Assembly: GCA_030765485.1 (NCBI GenBank)
Contig: JAVCCR010000014.1
Span: forward strand, 14,332-78,331
DNA from: Candidatus Gygaella obscura
Lineage (GTDB): Bacteria; Omnitrophota; Gorgyraeia; Gygaellales; Gygaellaceae
Direction of reading: 5' to 3'
Length of the DNA stretch: 64,000 nt
This document shows positions 57,416 to 64,000 of the stretch, piece by piece. The translations under genes were made by a program, and so were the position numbers. The notes beneath the pieces are model-generated. The model worked only from the letters and a program-made list of their open reading frames with translations, made no database searches and was not told the origin of the DNA. Within the stretch, counting starts at the first letter, position 1, and each line of letters begins with the position of its first letter.

Positions 57416-59592
57416 AGCTTTTATTTATTCAGTTACCTTCTCCAGAGTATGTTTTTCAGAAGTTTTGGGGAAATGTTCCTCTTGCCGCGGGTTATCTCAA
57501 GGCCATGGCTTATAAAAATAAACTACTTAAGTATATTGATATAGAAATTTTAAGGCCCATAGATACAAATCTATCTTCAGATTCAAGACTTGTTAATTTA
57601 ATAGTTAATAAATCTCCTGATGTATTAGCGGTATCTTTATATATCTGGAATTCTTTGAGAAGTCTCCATATGATTAATCAGGTAAAGAAGAAATTACCAA
57701 ACATTACTATACTTTGTGGGGGGTCAGAGGTATCGGATGATTCTAAATATATTCTTAATAATCCGAATGTAGATTTTGGTTTTCTTGGAGAAAGCGAGAT
57801 ATCATTCGTTAACTTTTTGAAGGAATTAATTAGTAAAAATAGAGATTTTAGTAAAGTAAAAGGTATTTTTTATCGCGAAAAAGATAGAATTATAATTAAT
57901 CCCAGAGAAGAAATTATGCATAATCTAGATGAAATTCCATCTCCTTTTGAATTAGGTTTTCTGGATGTGTCTGAATATAAAGTAGTATCCTATGAGTCCG
58001 TTAGAGGGTGTATTAATAATTGTTCTTATTGTGGTGTAGGAATAAGACCAATGAGGTTTTTTTCTGCAAAAAGAGTAGGTAACGATTTAAAAATTATTAT
58101 TAAAAAAAGAGTTATAGCAATTCGTTTTATTGATAGTGATATCTTACTTCATCCTTATTTTGAGCAAATTGGTGAACAGATTAAGGTTATTAATAGAAAT
58201 AAAAACACTGTATTCTTTGCTTTTTCATATCCAGAGAGGATAGATCAAAGAATAGCGAGGCTTTTTAAAGATTGTAATTTTGATTTTTTTGAATTAGGTT
58301 TACAGTGTTTAAAAACTAAGACATTTAGAAATATTAAAAGATCTATTATGAATAAACAAAAGTTTATTAAAGGAATTAGGTGTTTATCAAAAGAAGGAAT
58401 CAATTATGCTATTGATGTTATGATAGGTTTACCTGATGATACCTTGTCAGATTTGAAAAAGGTAAAAAAGTTTATAGATAATAATAGGATTCCTAAGATT
58501 ATCCCTGCAGTTTTGATGATACTTCCTGATACACCTTTAAGAAAACAAGCAAAGAAACGCAAGATAGTGTTTTCAAAAATTCCTCCATATTTTATTAAAA
58601 AAGCTCCTTATATTTCAGGTGATGAAATCAAAAAGGCTAAAGATTTGTTAGGAGTAAGAGAAGATTACGTTAAGTTACCAGATTTATTTTCTGAGAATTA
58701 TGATCTTCCATTTAGATCAAAGCTTCAAATAAAGACAAATAATCTAAATTTATCAAAAGTGGGTAATGGAAAATTACTAATAAATAAGTTGATTATTGAT
58801 TTAGACAATCTAAATTATTTGAGTTTTAAAAAAAAGATTAGTTTAGTCTTAAAAAATATTTCATCTCCATTTACTTTTTGGATAAAAACAAGAGATTTTG
58901 ATAGATCAGTTGGTTTATTTTACGAGATTGTTGATTTCATAGCATTGGATAATCCATATTTAATGTGGAATATAATTATTGAAAGCAAAAAGGTCTTTTC
59001 TAGGACAATACCAAGAGAAATTAGTAAAAAGGTTATTTGTAAAGAAAATGTCGTGGCGGATATCTGTAATTGTGTTAAACCTATAAAAATCTGTGCTGTT
59101 TTTGATTTTGGTTTGACTGAAGAAAAAGAAATCTCAGATTTAAATATGGAAATTCCAGTTTTTCGATCTATTTTTGCTAAGGATACTTTGAATTTTGAAA
59201 AAGATTGCTTAAAGGTTTTAGAATTAAATAATTCTAAAGGTATAATTGTATCATTCAAAAAAAACTTAGACCATAAAGATTTCATTATAATGTTAGATTT
59301 TATGTTTAGTTTATTTCATAAATCCTCCAAAGATGTTGTTTTTAGAAGTTACGTAGTAAGATTTCTTTGGAAGTTATTTACTAAGAAAGATAAGAATATT
59401 GTTATTTTTCCTGATGTTTTAGAGTCTATTTTAAAGTTAGGGCATAAAAATAATTATTTATTTATTGAGGCTAATACTAAGTTATTGTATTCTTTGCTAT
59501 GTCTACAGTTGGAATTCAATAAGTATATTAATAATAGTACTAAAGATTTAAATAATTCTTTATCTAATCATAAAAATGACTATTTTGTATAG
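57394..59592 (+). CDS. B12-binding radical SAM protein with a long unassigned C-terminal domain
   Basis: PLAAGYL, SLYIWN, CGGSE, GESE, RGCINNCSYC, ELGLQ, IGLP; TTG start at 57394 after AAGGAA. Confidence 0.85.
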   Translation: MAKKKKIKLLFIQLPSPEYVFQKFWGNVPLAAGYLKAMAYKNKLLKYIDIEILRPIDTNLSSDSRLVNLIVNKSPDVLAVSLYIWNSLRSLHMINQVKKKLPNITILCGGSEVSDDSKYILNNPNVDFGFLGESEISFVNFLKELISKNRDFSKVKGIFYREKDRIIINPREEIMHNLDEIPSPFELGFLDVSEYKVVSYESVRGCINNCSYCGVGIRPMRFFSAKRVGNDLKIIIKKRVIAIRFIDSDILLHPYFEQIGEQIKVINRNKNTVFFAFSYPERIDQRIARLFKDCNFDFFELGLQCLKTKTFRNIKRSIMNKQKFIKGIRCLSKEGINYAIDVMIGLPDDTLSDLKKVKKFIDNNRIPKIIPAVLMILPDTPLRKQAKKRKIVFSKIPPYFIKKAPYISGDEIKKAKDLLGVREDYVKLPDLFSENYDLPFRSKLQIKTNNLNLSKVGNGKLLINKLIIDLDNLNYLSFKKKISLVLKNISSPFTFWIKTRDFDRSVGLFYEIVDFIALDNPYLMWNIIIESKKVFSRTIPREISKKVICKENVVADICNCVKPIKICAVFDFGLTEEKEISDLNMEIPVFRSIFAKDTLNFEKDCLKVLELNNSKGIIVSFKKNLDHKDFIIMLDFMFSLFHKSSKDVVFRSYVVRFLWKLFTKKDKNIVIFPDVLESILKLGHKNNYLFIEANTKLLYSLLCLQLEFNKYINNSTKDLNNSLSNHKNDYFV

Positions 59593-59613
59593 AAATATAT
59601 TTTGTGGTATAAT
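59585..59613 (+). promoter_or_regulatory. Sigma70 promoter for the precursor peptide gene
   Basis: TTGTAT (59585-59590), 17 bp, extended -10 TGgTATAAT (59605-59613); SD AAGGAGG at 59631-59637. Confidence 0.7.
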
Positions 59614-59644
59614 TAATTATTAATTGGATTAAGGAGGAGTGATT

Positions 59645-59881
59645 ATGAAGAAGAAAAAATTTATTTCACCGAAAATTTCTGTGATAAAACTTGCCCCTGA
59701 GCAGGCGGTTTTATCTTGTAATTGTTATAGTAGCGGGAGCCATGTTACTGGCAGTAGTGTACATAATGTTGGAATTGCTTCTGCGTCAAGAGGTTATTGT
59801 TGGGCAAGGGGAAATGCATTTCATTTAATTCATGCAAGTGGGGGAAGATGGGGTTCTGCAAGCAGTTCAAGTAGTTCCTAG
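59645..59881 (+). CDS. Putative RiPP precursor peptide (78 aa)
   Basis: Leader MKKKKFISPKISVIKLAPEQAVL, then a Ser/Gly/His/Cys/aromatic-rich core ending GSASSSSSS; strong SD and its own promoter; flanked by rSAM, peptidase and kinase-like genes. Confidence 0.75.
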   Translation: MKKKKFISPKISVIKLAPEQAVLSCNCYSSGSHVTGSSVHNVGIASASRGYCWARGNAFHLIHASGGRWGSASSSSSS

Positions 59882-59961
59882 TCTATCTATAATATAATGT
59901 GGTTTCTATTCAATTAATAAACTAATAATATTATAACATTAGGTAAATATATTTGCTTTTT

Positions 59962-60915
59962 ATGAAAACGGGCAAATTAAAACATATATATAAATTCAAA
60001 ATAGCAGATATAATTGTTCATATATCAAGCTATATAAAATTAAGGGATAATTCATTTACCCTCCATAAGCAGAGGTTTTCCCGTTTTATGTACAGCGGTA
60101 AAAAACTCCCTTCTATCACAATCGATGTAAAAGTAGTAGATTCTTTTCCCGAAATAACCTTAAAGCCTATTTTTGTAGTTTATGATTTGGATCTAGATAG
60201 TGCAAATTGGAAATTATACAAGAAAAATAATGAGTACATCTACGCAATAAAATGCATAGGAACGGATATGGTCGCTTTTATAAATAGAAAGTTTGATAAA
60301 GCTCGTGTTTTTATCAGTAAGAAAGAAGAATGTAACTATCGGGGAGAATTTATTAGATTTGATTTTTCTTGGGAGATATACGACGTTGTTACATATCTAC
60401 TTCAATTTCTTATGACTCATTATTTGATTGAAAATAAATTAGGAGTGATAATACATTGTTGTGGTATAAAAAATCGTTTTAATAAAGGGTTTATTTTTGC
60501 AGGTAGTTCTGGATGCGGAAAGACAACAATTGCGAGAATAATGGAGAAATCAAAAGAAAATGAAGTTTTAAACGACGATAGGATAATTGTTAGAAAAAGT
60601 AAAGATAAGTTTAAAATGTATGCCTCTCCTTGGAGAGGGGAGTTTGAGAATTTTGTAAATTCAAATACAAATGGGATTGATTTAAATAAAATTTATTTTA
60701 TTTATCCTCACCAGGAAAATGTATTAGGTTTAATTGAACCCAAAAAAGCTTTTTACAAAATAAGTACTTTGATTTTAGCGTCATTTTGGAATAAAGAATA
60801 TATTAAGAGAGCTTTTGATTTCTGTAAGTATTTAGTGAAAGATATTTCTTGCTATGATCTTGGGTTTAAAAACAACAAATCAATAACAAAATATTTGTTT
60901 TCAAAAAAGAAATAA
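59962..60915 (+). CDS. HPr-kinase-related P-loop protein (lasso-kinase/ScmC-like)
   Basis: IHCCGI, FAGSSGCGKTTI, LNDDRIIVR, ASPW. Confidence 0.75.
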   Translation: MKTGKLKHIYKFKIADIIVHISSYIKLRDNSFTLHKQRFSRFMYSGKKLPSITIDVKVVDSFPEITLKPIFVVYDLDLDSANWKLYKKNNEYIYAIKCIGTDMVAFINRKFDKARVFISKKEECNYRGEFIRFDFSWEIYDVVTYLLQFLMTHYLIENKLGVIIHCCGIKNRFNKGFIFAGSSGCGKTTIARIMEKSKENEVLNDDRIIVRKSKDKFKMYASPWRGEFENFVNSNTNGIDLNKIYFIYPHQENVLGLIEPKKAFYKISTLILASFWNKEYIKRAFDFCKYLVKDISCYDLGFKNNKSITKYLFSKKK

Positions 60916-60922
60916 GTAAACA

Positions 60923-62146
60923 ATGAAATGGCTAAGAATTGAAGTAGCGAATTATTGTAATTTAGAGTGTAAATATTGTTTTTTTGCTGATTTAAGGAGC
61001 AAGAATAAAGATGATGTTATGAGTTTTGATGAGTTTAAAAGAATTGTTAGTCTTTGTCGTAAGGAAGGGATTAAGGAAATTTATATACAGGGCGGCGAGC
61101 CTATGCAGAATCCTAATATTGAAAAAATGATTAACTTATTGGTTTCTTATGATGATTTTAATGTAACTTTATTTACAAACGGGTTGTTTCCTATTGGTTT
61201 AACAGAGATTTTAAATTATCCAAGAATAAAAACGCTTTTAAATTATAATCACCCAAATAATTGTAATAATTATAAAGATTGGGAAGATATAAATCAAAAC
61301 ATAAAAAAACTGAAAAAAATTGGTGCAGATTTTTCTCTAGGTTTTAATTTTTATCAACATAAACCAGACTATGGATATTTTATTGACGCCATAAAAAAAT
61401 ATAAGTTTAAAAACATAAGATGGGATTTAGCAAGGCCTTCTGGTATGCTTAAAAATAGTTTTTTTTCTTTTAAAGAGATATTCAGTTTGCGTATCATCTT
61501 AGCAAAGTTTTTAAAAGACTGTCTTGATGCTGGAGCATTTCCTAATTCAGATTGTCCTCTGCCGGTATGTTTCACGAAAGATAAGATTTTTTCTTTTCTT
61601 CCCAGGGGACTATTTAGTCCTTTTTCGAGCTGTGATTCAATTGTTAATATTGGTCCAGGGTTGCGAATTTCTAGTTGTCCGGCATCAGTGATGTTTGATA
61701 AGATAAGACTTGATGATTTCGGTTCTTTAAATCAAGTAGCAGAATTTGTATCTTACTCTATAGATAAAATAAGATGGAGAATTCCTTCAAACGTTAAATG
61801 CAAAAAATGTTTTTATTGGGAAAATAGACTTTGTCAAGGTGGTTGTGTAGGTTATAAACGTATAAATAATAATAAAGTTATTGGACGTAGAGAGTTGCAC
61901 GATTTTTTTAAAGATAAGGATAATTATAAAAAGATATCTTCCAGGGATAGTTTCTATTCTAAGAAATTGAATAAAGAGAAAGATTTCTTTAAAAAAGGAC
62001 TTTTGTCGCTGAAAATTAGTGATAATGATCAGGCTTTTAAAAATTTCATTAAAGTAGATAAAAGAACGCTTTCTATAACAGAGAAAAAATGGTTAAACAA
62101 CTATTTGAATGATCAGATTAGTTTTATTGTAAATGAGAGAAATTAA
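60923..62146 (+). CDS. Radical SAM protein with SPASM-type Cys-rich C-terminus (peptide-maturase-like)
   Basis: CNLECKYC, QGGEP, DCPLPVC, SCD..SSCP, CKKC..LCQGGC. Confidence 0.85.
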   Translation: MKWLRIEVANYCNLECKYCFFADLRSKNKDDVMSFDEFKRIVSLCRKEGIKEIYIQGGEPMQNPNIEKMINLLVSYDDFNVTLFTNGLFPIGLTEILNYPRIKTLLNYNHPNNCNNYKDWEDINQNIKKLKKIGADFSLGFNFYQHKPDYGYFIDAIKKYKFKNIRWDLARPSGMLKNSFFSFKEIFSLRIILAKFLKDCLDAGAFPNSDCPLPVCFTKDKIFSFLPRGLFSPFSSCDSIVNIGPGLRISSCPASVMFDKIRLDDFGSLNQVAEFVSYSIDKIRWRIPSNVKCKKCFYWENRLCQGGCVGYKRINNNKVIGRRELHDFFKDKDNYKKISSRDSFYSKKLNKEKDFFKKGLLSLKISDNDQAFKNFIKVDKRTLSITEKKWLNNYLNDQISFIVNERN

Positions 62147-62165
62147 AGCATTTTCGTGGTTTTAA

Positions 62166-62894
62166 ATGAAAAAAGAAAGTTTGATTGTTTTGTTTTCCGG
62201 GGGGGTTGATTCTACTTATACCGCCATGAAAATGGCAGATATTTATAAGACTCTGCATTGCCTTACTTATGAAAGATTTGGTTTTATAAATGCAAGTAAT
62301 TCTGAAAAAAGTTTCCAGCAGGTATCTGAAAATAACAAAGACATCAAAGCAGTACATAAAATTATTAATATCGATAATTTTGTTAAGAAAGTTTCCTACA
62401 GTAATTATTTAATAAATCTTTGTAAATATGGTTTTGTTGTTCTGTCGAATTGTCTTATTTGCAAATTAGCAATGCATTGGAGGACAATAATTTATTGTAG
62501 AGAAAATAATTTGAAAGAGGTTTGTGATGGTGCAAATAAGGAAATGTATGGAGACCCATCCCAGAATAAAGTTATTTTAGAAAAGATTGTGAAGTTGTAC
62601 GAGTATTTTAATATTAGATATTTTAGTCCATTTTTTGATGAGTTAAGAAAAGAAAGAGAAGATTATCTTTTTGCTGTTGAAATAATTCCTGTGCAGTATG
62701 CGAAATGGAGTAGGTTTTCAAGGGAGAGACAACCTTTTTGTTGCCAAGAGCATCTATCTGTTTTATTTAAGCGGTTTAGAGAAAATATTTTAAATCAATA
62801 TTCTAATTTGAATATGAAAAATATCGAAAAAGATATTTGTGAGTATTGTGATGAAAAAATAAGCTGTATCAAAAATGAAATTGAAAGAAATTAG
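62166..62894 (+). CDS. PP-loop (adenine nucleotide alpha-hydrolase) ATPase
   Basis: VLFSGGVDST, CLICK, CDGAN, QPFC. Confidence 0.72.
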   Translation: MKKESLIVLFSGGVDSTYTAMKMADIYKTLHCLTYERFGFINASNSEKSFQQVSENNKDIKAVHKIINIDNFVKKVSYSNYLINLCKYGFVVLSNCLICKLAMHWRTIIYCRENNLKEVCDGANKEMYGDPSQNKVILEKIVKLYEYFNIRYFSPFFDELRKEREDYLFAVEIIPVQYAKWSRFSRERQPFCCQEHLSVLFKRFRENILNQYSNLNMKNIEKDICEYCDEKISCIKNEIERN

Positions 62895-63318
62895 ATTTTT
62901 GTCTTTGTGTTTGAATGTATTACGACATGGATTACTTTTTTTGAAGCTACTAGTTGCAGTATTTTTACCTTATAAAATTAGATGTTTTTATTCTGAATGG
63001 TTAATGAAACTGGAATTTGGTTTTAAAATTGATAAGAAAAATGGCATTATAGCAGGTGAAAAATTTGATAGAAGAAGAGAATATGATATTTTTGTTTCAA
63101 GAGGGATAGCTTACTATAATGATGGTTGTGTTGAAAAGGCATTAAAAAGCTTTAATAAAGCATTGGAGTTGTCTTTTAATAAAAAAAGCGCATTTTATGT
63201 TTATTCACTGCTTCAAGAAATATATAGCAAGAATGATATTACTGATTTATATTTTGAAACAATTTTGAGTGCTTATAAATCCAAAAAAGATTTAATTAAT
63301 AAGGAAGAGGTTTTGTAG
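62875..63318 (+). CDS. Small TPR-containing protein
   Basis: RGIAYYNDGCVEKALKSFNKALEL TPR. Confidence 0.6.
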   Translation: MKLKEIRFLSLCLNVLRHGLLFLKLLVAVFLPYKIRCFYSEWLMKLEFGFKIDKKNGIIAGEKFDRRREYDIFVSRGIAYYNDGCVEKALKSFNKALELSFNKKSAFYVYSLLQEIYSKNDITDLYFETILSAYKSKKDLINKEEVL

Positions 63319-63319
63319 C

Positions 63320-64000
63320 GTGGTAAACAAGAAGATTTTTTTAATTGAAAATCATGATAGTGCTTTGAAAGTTTGGAAAGACAATAGAATTAAATGTTGT
63401 AATTTGGTGCACATAGATGCTCATATTGACTGGAATTTCATTAAAGCAAGACCTTTAAAGCGCGTACTTAAAGAGTCTTGTTCTTTAAAAGAATTAAAGA
63501 CTAATCTTGAGTATAGCTATGCCTATTTGCGTTACGATCGTGATTTTAATAAGCAAGTCAATGAGGGCAATTATATTTTTCAGGCTTTTGAAGAAGGCAT
63601 AGTTAAAGATTTTTTTTGGGTTATTCCAGGAGATAAGAAAATATTTAAAGATTCAAGCAAGATTATAAGAGGATTACTTTTAAGAATTGGTAGGTTTTAT
63701 AGTAAAAAAAGCACTATAAGAATCGATAAAAAATCGTGCAAAGCGGAAATAAGATTCAATGGAAGAAAGATAGTATTTTGTACTTTGGACGGCCTTGATT
63801 TTATCAACAGAGATGTGCTTCTTGATATAGACATAGATTTTTTGGTGATTAAAAGCATTAAGCGGTCTCTTAATATTCAAGATATAGGAACACGGCAGCT
63901 ATGGATAAACCCTGAGAAATTAATTGTTTGTTTAAAAAGTAAAATTCGTAAATTCAAGATTGCAACAATTGCGTATTCTGTTAATGGGGGGTGGACTCCT
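63320..64000 (+). CDS. UPF0489-like (arginase/deacetylase fold) protein, 3' truncated by window
   Basis: Not in the ORF track. GTG at 63320 gives MVNKKIFLIENHDSAL..LVHIDAHID..NEGNYI..LLDIDIDF..IAYSVNGGWTP, open to the window end. Confidence 0.72.
   Translation, partial: MVNKKIFLIENHDSALKVWKDNRIKCCNLVHIDAHIDWNFIKARPLKRVLKESCSLKELKTNLEYSYAYLRYDRDFNKQVNEGNYIFQAFEEGIVKDFFWVIPGDKKIFKDSSKIIRGLLLRIGRFYSKKSTIRIDKKSCKAEIRFNGRKIVFCTLDGLDFINRDVLLDIDIDFLVIKSIKRSLNIQDIGTRQLWINPEKLIVCLKSKIRKFKIATIAYSVNGGWTP

Noticed and set aside
59645-62894. Classical lasso peptide cluster (FxxPxI leader, kinase, SGGxDS protein, transglutaminase-like protein)
   Set aside because: The core has no Asp or Glu for a macrolactam, the PP-loop protein is far shorter than a lasso cyclase, and the transglutaminase-like protein is membrane-anchored at both ends.
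2977-63880. Numerous short minus-strand and alternate-frame ORFs in the track (for example 14018-14560, 3667-4152, 38136-38504)
   Set aside because: All lie within or largely overlap well-supported + strand genes and have no recognisable motifs; they are shadow ORFs.
1-64000. CRISPR arrays, tRNA/rRNA genes, IS elements, integrases or phage genes
   Set aside because: No spaced direct repeats, structured RNA genes or transposase/integrase motifs were recognised, and intergenic space is minimal. A covariance-model search was not possible.

Overview
AT-rich bacterial window in which every credible gene lies on the + strand. Gene content suggests an anaerobe, possibly Candidatus Omnitrophota, but this is inference only. 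1-18.7 kb is mostly housekeeping: ilvD, a Na/Pi symporter with PhoU, a six-PAS histidine kinase with response regulator, a Fur-led DUF5320/NifX/MinD-4Fe4S/radical-SAM/DUF89/MBL operon with a palindromic operator, a LysM amidase, CBS-ArsB/NhaD-PTS IIA, manC and rlmN. An unannotated DUF2934-like pseudogene follows. 19.1-59.6 kb is a very large ABC-transporter (Wzm/Wzt)-dependent surface-glycan locus unusually rich in radical-SAM enzymes. It includes a 2163-aa GT2-coiled coil-GT2-GT4-rSAM-rSAM fusion, two B12-rSAM/rSAM/TPR fusions and a triple-rSAM protein built from shuffled paralogous modules. From 22.6 kb to the window end there are 14 CxxxCxxC radical-SAM domains in 9 genes, 3 of them B12-dependent. 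At ~57-64 kb the locus runs into a RiPP-like cassette: an S26 peptidase, a B12-rSAM, a separately promoted 78-aa Ser/Gly/His/Cys-rich precursor ending in six Ser, an HPr-kinase-like P-loop protein, an rSAM/SPASM, a PP-loop ATPase, a TPR protein and a UPF0489-like hydrolase cut by the window end. No rRNA, tRNA, CRISPR array or mobile element was recognised.
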